Positions 7,937-16,860 of a stretch of DNA of 34,970 bases are shown in pieces. This stretch comes from a virus. Its lineage: Duplodnaviria > Caudoviricetes. The stretch's first letter is position 1, and each line of letters opens with the position of its first letter. The notes beneath the pieces were generated by a model, which saw only the letters and a list, made by a program, of their open reading frames with translations, did not search any database and was not told where the DNA came from. Both the position numbers and the translations under genes were made by a program. Location: positions 1-34,970 of IMG/VR virus record IMGVR_UViG_3300020045_006069; one strand, written 5' to 3'.

Positions 7937-9419
7937 TGAGGAACTCCTTTGATTCTTCTTTGAAGATGGACTCTTGCTCGCGTTCGTCCTGCTCAACTTC
8001 GCGAGCTTTACGTAGAACGGTATCCACCATCGGACGTTCGATCTCGGTTATCGGCACATGAACATTGAGCGGAAGTTTAGACCCGACACGATTGGCACGC
8101 TTGATAGCTTGCCAGTATTCCTCATAACTGTCTTGAAGTGTTGAGAATACCATTCGCGTGCAAATCTGAAGGTTAAGGCCGAACCCGCATATCTTTGCTT
8201 TGGTGATGAGTGTTTTTTGTCTGCCGCTTTGGAAGTCACTAATCATTTCGATCCGTTTATCATCGCTGGTGTCTCCGCTCATGCTGGCCGCATTGGGCAT
8301 TTCCGACGCGAGCAAGTCTTGTTCGGCGTTGTAACGACACCAGACGATAGTGGACTCATCCGGCCATGATTCGATCATCTTGCGAATGTATTCCGGCTTA
8401 CTACTGCCGATGTGCTTCCCGTTATGAAACCCCTTCGCTATTTGCGCCAACTTGGCTCGCGAGGTGATCCCGCCCGCAACGGGGAACAACGACTTGGATT
8501 CCTGACTTGCCGCGTCGGTTTGTGCTTCGCTTAGGTCGATTCGCTCGATATGGAGATTGATCGGCGGCAATGGTTCACTGTTGTCCTTCCATCCATAAGT
8601 TCCGGGGTTGCTTACAAAGATGCACCAATGCGACAATGCTCGATAGAACGGACGCATGGCGTGTGGCTTCAATTCCCATCGGTTGTCCGTTTGCCCGCGA
8701 TTCACAAAGAATCGTGCGAGGAACGCATTAACGGTCGGGAAGTGGTCAAGAAACACCGCATGGTTGGCGTACTCGATTCGGTCATTGGGCGCTGGCGTTC
8801 CGGTTGCACATAACTTGTAGTCCAGCCCCTTGCCCATCTTGATAAGTCGTGTTCCCCATTTGCCGTAATGGGATTTCAGCATCGACGATTCGTCGAGGAC
8901 CAATGCACCCAACTTGTCGCATGGCAGGTCATCGACAATGGCCTCATAGTTGGTGATGCCGATGCGTCCGCCACCACCGCTAAGCCATTCGTCAAGCTGA
9001 TTGGCTTTCACTTGCTCAATGTGTAAACTGTCGCCGTAGAAGCGTTTGACTTCGCCAATGGTTTGTTTGATGACCATGAGAGGCGATACGATCAGGATTC
9101 TTTTTTGTTTGGGCAAAGCATCGGCAACGTGCCTGACATACTCGGTGATGACCAAAGTTTTGCCAAGTCCGCAAGCCATGAACAGAGCGAACTTTCTCTT
9201 CTCTATGGCTAATTTGGCGATGTCGGATTGATAGTCGAAAAGAAACGGCGACGGCTTAAATCGTATTGGCTTCTTGCGTTCTGTTTTGACGCCAAGAGTC
9301 TTGGCGTACTCGTCGGGGAATTCAGCAATGCGACCGTTGAATCGGAACTGCGGAAGCGATTTCACTTTCAAGAACGTCGCGTAATCGTCTACGCTGTTCA
9401 GGTCTAGATTTAGCTTCAC
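7929..9419 (-). CDS. SNF2-like superfamily 2 helicase
   Basis: CGLGKT, LDESS, ATGTPAPND, GFGLNLQ, QAIKRANRVG; GTG start 9419. Confidence 0.9.
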   Translation of the reverse strand: MKLNLDLNSVDDYATFLKVKSLPQFRFNGRIAEFPDEYAKTLGVKTERKKPIRFKPSPFLFDYQSDIAKLAIEKRKFALFMACGLGKTLVITEYVRHVADALPKQKRILIVSPLMVIKQTIGEVKRFYGDSLHIEQVKANQLDEWLSGGGGRIGITNYEAIVDDLPCDKLGALVLDESSMLKSHYGKWGTRLIKMGKGLDYKLCATGTPAPNDRIEYANHAVFLDHFPTVNAFLARFFVNRGQTDNRWELKPHAMRPFYRALSHWCIFVSNPGTYGWKDNSEPLPPINLHIERIDLSEAQTDAASQESKSLFPVAGGITSRAKLAQIAKGFHNGKHIGSSKPEYIRKMIESWPDESTIVWCRYNAEQDLLASEMPNAASMSGDTSDDKRIEMISDFQSGRQKTLITKAKICGFGLNLQICTRMVFSTLQDSYEEYWQAIKRANRVGSKLPLNVHVPITEIERPMVDTVLRKAREVEQDEREQESIFKEESKEFLNV

Positions 9420-9574
9420 TTCTTCTCCCCCTTCGCTTTCGCCCACCGCGCCTTCACCGCATGACGGGCCGATTCGCTACGCTGTTTGGCCGTCAGCTTC
9501 TTTGCACGGGCTTTGCCGCCCTTCAGTCCGCCCAATCGGCCCAGGGCGACGGCGTGTTGGTTCTTCTTTGGCAT
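9416..9574 (-). CDS. Small basic GRxGG..LT..QR..A..A..ARW protein (52 aa)
   Basis: Manually translated MPKKNQHAVALGRLGGLKGGKARAKKLTAKQRSESARHAVKARWAKAKGEKK; GTGA overlap with the helicase. Confidence 0.8.
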   Translation of the reverse strand: MPKKNQHAVALGRLGGLKGGKARAKKLTAKQRSESARHAVKARWAKAKGEKK

Positions 9575-9584
9575 GTTAGGGCTT

Positions 9585-9613
9585 AGTCTATACGTGAGCG
9601 GTCACGCTGTCAA
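9585..9613 (-). promoter_or_regulatory. Sigma70-like promoter with palindrome in the spacer
   Basis: TTGACA-17-TAGACT; spacer contains CGTGA-CCGC-TCACG; ATG follows 10 nt after the -10. Confidence 0.7.
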
Positions 9614-10403
9614 GGGAGAGTTTGCGGGCGAGTGTTTCGGCCCAGTCCCAAGCGGCGTTGCTGAGCGATTCTGTAGCTTGTTGTAGGTTGTTGAAAAAGT
9701 ACCATTTGCCTTGTTCAGTGTGATTACAAAAATCCAGAACTTCTTTGAAGTGTGCCGTGATTTCTTTTGCGATCCTGAATTGATGATTTGGTTGTTCTGG
9801 AAGGTCGCTATCATAAAACGCCCATGCTTTGCGCTGATCCCATTCATCTGCCAGTTTGTCCGTGAACTCCACCCGGCACCGTGGCCAATGGTGGGCAATG
9901 ATCGGGCCGTAGCCGTGCCATGCTTCAAGAATGCAATTGCAATTACATCGCTTTGCATGATATGGCCCTTGTCTTGTGTGGCATAAAGGGCAAATACTCA
10001 CTCCGTCGCTTACGCTCTCAACATTTCCATCTGCGAACCAATCGTTCATGCGGATGTGGATGCAATCGACGAAGCCGCGAGAGGTGGTGACTTGCATTAG
10101 ATTTATATTCCATCCTTCAGCGAATAGCACACTAGAACCGTCAACATACGGTCTACACTTGAGTCCAGGCAACGCGAACCATTCGGCCCCATGCTCCATA
10201 ATCAACTGCGATTGGCGCAATCTAAGATTCGTTTCCATGAATGACGGTAGGTGTCCACCATTGGCCAACTCAATCCCGTTGCGGATGAATTCCGCTCTAT
10301 CACAATCCCCATGCTCTTCCAGCCAATCGGCGAGTACTAATCGCGGGCCGTCATCGTCTGGCGCGTCGGAGATAGTGCGGATGAAGGCGGGTGGGATGCG
10401 CAT
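9588..10403 (-). CDS. TIGR02996 domain protein
   Basis: AFIRTISDAPDDDGPRLVLADWLEEHGDCDRAEFIR, followed by a typical RGFV segment. Confidence 0.9.
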   Translation of the reverse strand: MRIPPAFIRTISDAPDDDGPRLVLADWLEEHGDCDRAEFIRNGIELANGGHLPSFMETNLRLRQSQLIMEHGAEWFALPGLKCRPYVDGSSVLFAEGWNINLMQVTTSRGFVDCIHIRMNDWFADGNVESVSDGVSICPLCHTRQGPYHAKRCNCNCILEAWHGYGPIIAHHWPRCRVEFTDKLADEWDQRKAWAFYDSDLPEQPNHQFRIAKEITAHFKEVLDFCNHTEQGKWYFFNNLQQATESLSNAAWDWAETLARKLSLDSVTAHV

Positions 10404-10738
10404 TAGATGCCTTCCATTCGTAGGGCTTTATCCAACTCGTCAACACCGTGAACACATAACGCCAAGCCGCCGAAGCGTCTCACATCGTCGATGAACTGGC
10501 ACTGGTCCGGCGTCATCTTCTTGCCCGGCATCTTGCACTCCACCGCCAACAAACGGCCTGATATGGGCAGAATACCAAGAATATCGCTGACGCCCTTGCG
10601 CCCGGTAAACGTGCGGAACTTCATTCGCGACGGGTCGTATACCCCGGTTGTGTTGTTTCTCCATGCCATGATGCCGCGTAAGGCGAGTAGGTCGAGGCAG
10701 GCGCGGACGATAGCCGTTTCGTTGTTCTTGAGTTTCAT
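10403..10738 (-). CDS. VRR-NUC domain nuclease (Holliday junction resolvase-like)
   Basis: ETAIVRAC..WRNNTTG..GVSDI..AVECK..TPDQCQF. Confidence 0.88.
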   Translation of the reverse strand: MKLKNNETAIVRACLDLLALRGIMAWRNNTTGVYDPSRMKFRTFTGRKGVSDILGILPISGRLLAVECKMPGKKMTPDQCQFIDDVRRFGGLALCVHGVDELDKALRMEGI

Positions 10739-10836
10739 GTGAACCCCGGCACGTTTGTTGCACACTGTTTAGAAAATGAATGATACCGACCTAATCCGAT
10801 GGCTCTGTGATCCGACCGTCAGCAATGGCGAGGCGG

Positions 10837-11058
10837 TTACGTTGTCGCGTCGTCCGCGTGAATGTACGCCACCGGCTTGTTCGGATCGACTCCGACCGGC
10901 CCTTCGTACCATTCGCCGTGCCATTGTTCCTCTTGTATCAGACGGAACATTTCGTCGCTACACTGCTCGTAAGAGCCGCTAATAAGCCGACGCCATTGGC
11001 GGCGTGTTCCGGGCTTCTTATGCGGCCTATGCCAAAGCGAATGGGTTGGCGTACTCAT
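10837..11058 (-). CDS. Hypothetical protein
   Basis: ATGA overlap with the upstream TIGR02996 gene. Confidence 0.5.
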   Translation of the reverse strand: MSTPTHSLWHRPHKKPGTRRQWRRLISGSYEQCSDEMFRLIQEEQWHGEWYEGPVGVDPNKPVAYIHADDATT

Positions 11059-11636
11059 TTGGGCAACTCGATTGTTTTGGGTAAGAGCAAGCTCACCACT
11101 TGCTCGCCAATCTGCTTCTCGGTCAGGTTGCGAACGTACTCGGTTGTCTTGCGTCGGCTCCATGACGTGGCGCACGACCAGCATAGCCAACGATTGCCAA
11201 GCCGCGTTGCCGCTGTATCGTAGTGCGGCACTGACGAACTTCGCGCTATGGTATCGAACGCCAACGAAAACGTTTCAGACAACGGACGATTCCCAAACGC
11301 CTCGCGAAACTGTTGCTCAGACTCTTGCTCCCTCTCTTTGTCGCCCGGAATTCGTTCACACTTGATCGACGGGACCACGGCCCCGATCAACGCGCCATGT
11401 GTCTCTACGTTGAATCCTTCCCAAACGAGTAAACTTACTGGTTGGGTAGGCAGGTCGCCCATGATGGTACGCCGTGCTATCCGTGTTCGGGTCACAATCA
11501 CCCATCGCCCAGGCGAACGCAATGTAGCGGCCCGCTCGTCGCCCTGTTCTTCCAACCAGTCGGCGAACACAAGGCGGGGACCGGCATCGTCCGGGTTGTC
11601 GAGGATCGTTCGGATAAAGTCAGAGTGGCGTACCAT
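11055..11636 (-). CDS. TIGR02996 domain protein
   Basis: DFIRTILDNPDDAGPRLVFADWLEEQGDERAATLR; GGGGAG RBS. Confidence 0.88.
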   Translation of the reverse strand: MVRHSDFIRTILDNPDDAGPRLVFADWLEEQGDERAATLRSPGRWVIVTRTRIARRTIMGDLPTQPVSLLVWEGFNVETHGALIGAVVPSIKCERIPGDKEREQESEQQFREAFGNRPLSETFSLAFDTIARSSSVPHYDTAATRLGNRWLCWSCATSWSRRKTTEYVRNLTEKQIGEQVVSLLLPKTIELPK

Positions 11637-11667
11637 TTACTCCCCAAAGTTCGGTGTGTCGAGAAAT

Positions 11668-11920
11668 CTGCCACACTTGCCACACTTGAAACTAAGTTCA
11701 TGGCGCATCGAATCTTCCGAACTGTGGCACGCTCCACACTTGATTCCCCAGTTGCCACACTTGCCACACTTGCCACACTTGCCACACTTGCCAACTGTGG
11801 CAACTATCTGAATTCCACACTTCAAATGATTCTTGCCACAGTTGGGAACCACATATGCGATATCATGTTACGTCTCAAGTGTGGCAAGTGTGGCAAGTGT
11901 GGCAACGAAATTCCACAGTT
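11668..11920. repeat. Direct and inverted 9-bp TTGCCACAC iteron-like array (putative replication origin)
   Basis: Four tandem TTGCCACAC at 11752-11787, two at ~11668-11686, three inverted CAAGTGTGG at 11876-11902, plus scattered CCACA cores; immediately 3' of the primase-helicase. Confidence 0.75.
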
Positions 11921-14139
11921 CACCATTGCACCCCGCTGCCGCTTTCGTTGTCGTCTGATTCCAGGTCTTTGAGGTACGGCCAATCAGCCGGAACCCACCA
12001 AACCCACTTCGAGCTTCCGTCCATATCGGTACGCTTTTTGGCTTTAGGCAACCCTAATTCGGCCTTGGCGTCGAATATGGAATCGCGGCTTACGCCTTCC
12101 TCGCGAGCGGCCTTAAACAATTCATCACTATCCCACTCAAGTTTGAGCTTGAATGCGGCAATGAGCCAATCGCGAGCGGCTACCTTACGCGGCTTCGTGT
12201 CGCCCGAAACGGCTTCATCGGCGGTGATGTCTACGTCGCCAAGCCATTCGATACGTGCAGGTCCGCCCGGATCGTTTTCATTGGCGGACAGAATGCGATA
12301 GCTAAGCCCCTTGCGTTCCCTACCGTTGTTGTTTTTCATGCCGATGAATAATCGACGTTCCGGGTCTGCCGGGTCTCTGGTGAAGATATGCGCCGATCTA
12401 ACGGCATTGACCCAGGCCACGCTTCCCATGACACGCATCATGGCGGACACCTTGCCGCCGCTTCCCTTGTTGACGTGGGTAATGAACACCATCGCAACTT
12501 CGCGATCCTTGCACCATTCCTTGAACGGCGAAATCAGGCTTCGCAGTTCGGCGTTCTTGTGGTCGTCAGTTTCACCGAGGTAATTGGTTGGCGGGTCAAT
12601 AACGATCAGGCGCACATTGCCCAATTGACGCCACGCCACTTCGAGCAATTCCAGGTCCGCCAAATAGTACTTGTCCAGCCATTCGCCCTTGAGAAACGCC
12701 ACCTTGTTTAGATCGGCCTTAGCTTCGATCAGGCGGGGAACCAGCGTATCGTCGGGATCATCTTCGCCGCTGATGTACAGGACGGAACCGGGCGTTTCGC
12801 ACGGCGAAGAATCGGGCCAGTCTCGGCCTGTTGAAATTCTGGCCGCGATGTCGCACGACACAAACGATTTCCCAAGTCCGCCCATTCCGGCAAATGTCGT
12901 CATCTTCGCCGCGGGGATTCTGTCTTGCCACAACCACTTGACACGCTTGGGCGGAACTTCGCTCGCCAACAGGATAACTTTATCCCCAGGCTTAAACCGG
13001 CATTCATCCTTGTCCGGCGGCTTGCCGTTGCGTTCGTGCTTGTTCTCATTCAACAGGTTCCCACGCTCGCCACTACCCTTCTGAGCGTCCGCAATCTTGT
13101 GCCGCAACTCTCTTTCCGTCCACGGTGGGCTACACGTCTCATTCCACTCAGACAACACGACATACGCTTCGTCATCATTTAGGTCGAAGCCGCGTATCAC
13201 CTTGAGGGCCGCAACGAACGTATTCGTATGCCCTTGTTGGCCGCTTACTGCGCCCGGTATCTTCTTGAGATACGCTCGCGCCCTATCCATGATTGGCGTG
13301 TTCGGAACTGAGATAGCTCGACCACTGAAAGCATTGTCTACGAATTGCTCCAATTCGCTTGTTGGTTCCGGCTTGACATTCTCAACAGGTTCAGGTTGTT
13401 TGGTGGCTTGCGTCTTTGCATTAGGCGATAGGAACGAATGTAATTGGTCGAATGTTAGGATGCTAGGCGGCGATGGAGCGTAAACGATAGACGACATGCG
13501 ATGAGGACGTTCAGTAGTGTTCTCACCTTTCCTGACCCATGTTCCCGGCAGTTTGCTGATTCGGCTGCGATTATGTACGGCCCGATCTATCTCGACTTCG
13601 GGCGTCGAGAACATATCGGAAATCTTGTGTATCACCGCTCGTAGTGTAGCGTCTGTTAAATCGTCGCAAGGTAAGTCAATCCGGTAAAGCAAGTGATAGC
13701 CGTTGCCGCTGTCGATGGTGACGGGGATAGGCCATCCTTTGCCCGCCAATGAATTGCATATCGTCGTTGCCATTTCGCGGCACTTGGCGCGTTCGGCGTC
13801 TGTTGCCGATTGATCTTTGTTTGTCTCATCTTTGACCCGATCTATGTCAATGAGCAACCATCTACGTTTCGCAATATCTTCCTTGCGTGCCGAACGTGTT
13901 ATCTTTGAACTAAGTGGATTTAAACTAAAGTACACGCCTTGATAGTTCGATAGTTCATCTATGAATGAACATAACGAATCTAGTTCGTCGCCTTTGGCGA
14001 CGAAACTATTGGCGTATGGGAGTGTTCTAATTTCGATGTATAGGTCAGGATCGGCGAGAATGGCAAGGGCTTGGCGGCAAGCATCAACTTGAGAGGGCGG
14101 GGCCATGTTGACGGCCCGCATTCGGAATGCCGAGGTCAT
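11920..14139 (-). CDS. Primase-helicase (AEP/RepB-like primase, PriCT-like domain, AAA_25 RepA-type helicase)
   Basis: LLIDID, DSGNGYHL, SRISKLPGT; WNETCSPPWTEREL; Walker A GMGGLGKS, SGED, IVIDP, ITHVNK. Confidence 0.88.
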   Translation of the reverse strand: MTSAFRMRAVNMAPPSQVDACRQALAILADPDLYIEIRTLPYANSFVAKGDELDSLCSFIDELSNYQGVYFSLNPLSSKITRSARKEDIAKRRWLLIDIDRVKDETNKDQSATDAERAKCREMATTICNSLAGKGWPIPVTIDSGNGYHLLYRIDLPCDDLTDATLRAVIHKISDMFSTPEVEIDRAVHNRSRISKLPGTWVRKGENTTERPHRMSSIVYAPSPPSILTFDQLHSFLSPNAKTQATKQPEPVENVKPEPTSELEQFVDNAFSGRAISVPNTPIMDRARAYLKKIPGAVSGQQGHTNTFVAALKVIRGFDLNDDEAYVVLSEWNETCSPPWTERELRHKIADAQKGSGERGNLLNENKHERNGKPPDKDECRFKPGDKVILLASEVPPKRVKWLWQDRIPAAKMTTFAGMGGLGKSFVSCDIAARISTGRDWPDSSPCETPGSVLYISGEDDPDDTLVPRLIEAKADLNKVAFLKGEWLDKYYLADLELLEVAWRQLGNVRLIVIDPPTNYLGETDDHKNAELRSLISPFKEWCKDREVAMVFITHVNKGSGGKVSAMMRVMGSVAWVNAVRSAHIFTRDPADPERRLFIGMKNNNGRERKGLSYRILSANENDPGGPARIEWLGDVDITADEAVSGDTKPRKVAARDWLIAAFKLKLEWDSDELFKAAREEGVSRDSIFDAKAELGLPKAKKRTDMDGSSKWVWWVPADWPYLKDLESDDNESGSGVQW

Positions 14140-14179
14140 GGGTCTAAGCCAATCTGTTTTGTTCTCTGACGCGAGATTG

Positions 14180-14219
14180 AAAATGATGCCCGGTCAATCG
14201 TTCATGACCGACCGGGCAT
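14180..14219 (-). terminator. 14-bp hairpin with short U-tract (terminator or processing site)
   Basis: Minus strand ATGCCCGGTCGGTC/GATTGACCGGGCAT then CATTTT. Confidence 0.5.
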
Positions 14220-14233
14220 TGCCGACACGACGA

Positions 14234-14947
14234 TTAGTAAGCCACTTCATTCGGCTCATCAAACGGAACGCCGGAATCCTCTTGAGGCTTTCCGTTCCGT
14301 TGCGGCTTGGCAGTCGAGCCGCTCATCATTTCACGCCATTCCTTCGACTTGGCGATGTACTCGTGTACCTTCTCGCCATAGACGCGGGGCAGCCAGGGCC
14401 ATTCGGGAAGGTCCGCGTTCATCGCAGGCTCGAACTGCTTGGCCTTGTTCCTCAAGTACAACCCATCCGTGAGCGACCACATGAAGGGTTGCGTTTTCGG
14501 GGCAGGCGGCGCTGGCAAGCCACGCGGAAGCTGGCCGAAGTCTTCGAGCTTGGCGTAGTCGCGATCCTTCGACGTTTTCCCGTGGGTGATCGTCAAGAGG
14601 GCAGGATGACAGAGACGGGCGGAATAGTCGATCATTTCGCCGTCCGCGAACTTCTTGCCCATCCACTTCTCGTAACTGATGCGGAGCTTCGCCTTCTCAT
14701 GCGTGGATAGCGTGTACACGCCACCAATGATGTGATTGCGTGTCGGCTCTTTTGTCGTCGGCTCGCCCGTAAGTTCCCACACCAGCATGACCTGATGAGA
14801 TTCCGACGTTTCCCCTCCGTAGGTTCGCGTCTGAGTCCCTAAGTCGATCATGCCGACAAGCACGCCAGGGATAGCGCCCTCGGGTTGGATTTCAAAATCT
14901 TCCCCTTCGCCCTGACCGCTCTTAGCCTGTCCGCCAAACATAGCCAT
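14234..14947 (-). CDS. Phage replication protein, SSB-like (NGO0469-like family)
   Basis: IDLGTQ..VWEL..YTLSTHEKAKLR..W.GKKF; acidic PF-containing C-terminal tail; sits next to the primase-helicase. Confidence 0.7.
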   Translation of the reverse strand: MAMFGGQAKSGQGEGEDFEIQPEGAIPGVLVGMIDLGTQTRTYGGETSESHQVMLVWELTGEPTTKEPTRNHIIGGVYTLSTHEKAKLRISYEKWMGKKFADGEMIDYSARLCHPALLTITHGKTSKDRDYAKLEDFGQLPRGLPAPPAPKTQPFMWSLTDGLYLRNKAKQFEPAMNADLPEWPWLPRVYGEKVHEYIAKSKEWREMMSGSTAKPQRNGKPQEDSGVPFDEPNEVAY

Positions 14948-15011
14948 ACACTCTCTCTCTTTCTTTGGGTATACCCTTGTTTAGACACAGTAGGGGCGAC
15001 GTTGCCCCATT

Positions 15012-15054
15012 CGGCCTAGTGGGAGTCGAACCCACTTCCGATGCCGTTAGGCCG
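15012..15054 (-). ncRNA. tRNA-like minihelix (acceptor stem plus T-arm, no D or anticodon arm)
   Basis: CGGCCTA-acggcatcggaa-GTGGG-TTCGACT-CCCAC-TAGGCCG: 7-bp plus 5-bp stems with a canonical T-loop. Confidence 0.6.
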
Positions 15055-15061
15055 TTGACGT

Positions 15062-15152
15062 GCCAATCTAGCCTATTGCTCCCTGGCCCGACCCCGCCGC
15101 TTCAACACACAAAAGCCGCTTGAGTTTCCAGGGAGCAATGGGATAGATTGGC
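15062..15152. other. Long intergenic hairpin
   Basis: GCCAATCTA/TAGATTGGC and ATTGCTCCCTGG/CCAGGGAGCAAT arms. Confidence 0.6.
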
Positions 15153-15224
15153 TTGCTTCTTACCTGTCCTGTTTCGTGTGTTATTCAGACTGTTGAGCCA
15201 GTCGGGATGGCCGCAACAAGGTAA

Positions 15225-15253
15225 AGGTTACTTCCCTTCCGTCGCCGCGTCAA
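15225..15253 (-). promoter_or_regulatory. Possible sigma70-like promoter for the replication operon
   Basis: TTGACG-17-TAACCT upstream of the structured leader. Confidence 0.45.
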
Positions 15254-15267
15254 GGTCGGTTTTCTGG

Positions 15268-15597
15268 CTATCGCATTGAGTTCAGGTACGCCGCGTATTC
15301 TTCGTGGCAGTTGTCGGAACAGACCGTGCTACGTCCGCCGAAGATCGGGCCAGAACAATTGGCGCACTTGCCCGTTGGCGGTCCCAGGTCTTCGGTGTCG
15401 TCTTCTTTTGTGCATTCGTCGAAGCATTGCTCGCACATGCCGCTTATCGCGTACTCTCGCCGTCCGGCGTCTGAGTAGCACTTCGGCAATGCTGGCTGAC
15501 GACAAGAGATACACATGCCAGCGGGAATAGACGTTGCCGTATCTTCCAGGTTGGCATTCTTTCGTAGCATGGCTTTGAAGACTTCGAGTGAGTTCAT
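15268..15597 (-). CDS. Double zinc-finger phage protein
   Basis: CISC..EYAISGMCEQC; CANC..CSDNC; GGGAG RBS. Confidence 0.7.
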   Translation of the reverse strand: MNSLEVFKAMLRKNANLEDTATSIPAGMCISCRQPALPKCYSDAGRREYAISGMCEQCFDECTKEDDTEDLGPPTGKCANCSGPIFGGRSTVCSDNCHEEYAAYLNSMR

Positions 15598-16232
15598 GAT
15601 TGCGACTCCCAATAGGCCATAGGGTCGCGATTGTTCGGATAGTGTTCGTCCAACCATTTATTAGCGGCGTCACTATGTCTTCGGTAATTGGAATCGGCGT
15701 AATAGTCATCCCATGTCGGATAGGTGGCGACTTGATGAATCGGTGTGTTGTCTGAGTCAAACACGCCGATGATGACTGGTTCGCCGTCCTTTTGCCCTCC
15801 AGTGCTGCCCGATCCGTAACGACATTCCAGTCCAAACGTGTGGGCGTTGAAGTCGTAGAACGCGGCCTTGAAGAACACTTTGGCACGCTTGCGTCCTTGA
15901 TCGTCAACGACGCTCGACCACATGGAATGACCGGACGGCTTTAGCGACCATCCTTTCGGGAACGTTGCTTCAGCGAACACTTCTCGGCCACGCTGAGACA
16001 GTTCGGGGATCGGCTTGCCGAATACGAAGCCCACGGATTCCCACTGTGCCCGTTTAACCGGATCGTCTATGGTTCCTCGTATTGGAAGCCTATCGCAAAC
16101 GCTGTTGAGTTCGCGTTGTCCTTCGGCTTCTTGCGCTTCGATTCCCCCTGGCGTCATGGCGCGAATGCAATTGGCCATGTCTCCGTCGAGTGCGGCTTTA
16201 AGTGCTGCTGGTGTCATTCGTATTTGGTTCAT
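15594..16232 (-). CDS. Conserved hypothetical phage protein
   Basis: PGGIEAQEAEGQ..PKGW..HSMWS.VVD.QGRKRA.VFFKAAFYD; AAGGAG RBS. Confidence 0.75.
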   Translation of the reverse strand: MNQIRMTPAALKAALDGDMANCIRAMTPGGIEAQEAEGQRELNSVCDRLPIRGTIDDPVKRAQWESVGFVFGKPIPELSQRGREVFAEATFPKGWSLKPSGHSMWSSVVDDQGRKRAKVFFKAAFYDFNAHTFGLECRYGSGSTGGQKDGEPVIIGVFDSDNTPIHQVATYPTWDDYYADSNYRRHSDAANKWLDEHYPNNRDPMAYWESQS

Positions 16233-16492
16233 GATTGCTTGCTCCTTTCGGCGATCATGGCGTCGGCCACTTTGTAAGCGTGTTCCGCAGCGACACGGCA
16301 TCCTGACTCGGTATTGTCTAACGGGTCTCTATGCTCACTGTTGCCCATGATGCCGCAGAGGGCTTGACCGGCGAACCAGTCACGAAGCGACATGCCGCCA
16401 GTAAGTTCGGCGCTGATGTTGGCGCAATATCCCATTCCGCTGAATTGAAGATTCTTTGGGAACGCTGGTCCGCCGTCGTTGGTCTTTGTCAT
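16229..16492 (-). CDS. Conserved phage protein (GGPAFP / GMSLRDWFA family)
   Basis: GGPAFP..GMSLRDWFAGQAL..AYKVADAMIAER. Confidence 0.85.
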   Translation of the reverse strand: MTKTNDGGPAFPKNLQFSGMGYCANISAELTGGMSLRDWFAGQALCGIMGNSEHRDPLDNTESGCRVAAEHAYKVADAMIAERSKQS

Positions 16493-16860
16493 TGGTTTTG
16501 CTCCGTTGTTTCGTTGTCCTTTGCGTCGCAGTCAGGGCATTGCCACGCAACGGGAATATCTTCTCCGTTCTCTTTGGCAGTGAAGATTCGCCACCCATTC
16601 GGCAGTGTCCAATTATCATCACGCGGTCGGAAGTCCGGAATTGTTGCACCGCAATCCGTGCATTGACCAGCGAAGAATGCCCGGTCCATTTGCTCGCGTA
16701 TGGCGTCGAGTTGTTGTTGCACTTCAGGCGGCATTTCCGCCGTATTGTCGCCCGCGAATACGACTTTCATTCCGGGAAACGACTTGGCCAATTCGGCCTC
16801 AATGGCGGCAACGTCGTTCATATCGAAGTCGTCGCGGTGTGGTAGGTTGTTCGGCTTCAT
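16489..16860 (-). CDS. Hypothetical zinc-ribbon protein
   Basis: CTDC..CPDC; GGAG RBS; ATGA coupling. Confidence 0.65.
   Translation of the reverse strand: MKPNNLPHRDDFDMNDVAAIEAELAKSFPGMKVVFAGDNTAEMPPEVQQQLDAIREQMDRAFFAGQCTDCGATIPDFRPRDDNWTLPNGWRIFTAKENGEDIPVAWQCPDCDAKDNETTEQNQ

Noticed and set aside
11498-11972. ORFs with CGKCGK, VASVAS, LATLAT or PHLPHL repeats
   Set aside because: All are translations of the 9-bp DNA repeat in different frames, with no good RBS; the repeat also occurs inverted, which favours a DNA-level function
15012-15054. Functional tRNA gene
   Set aside because: Only 43 nt; no D arm, anticodon arm or CCA
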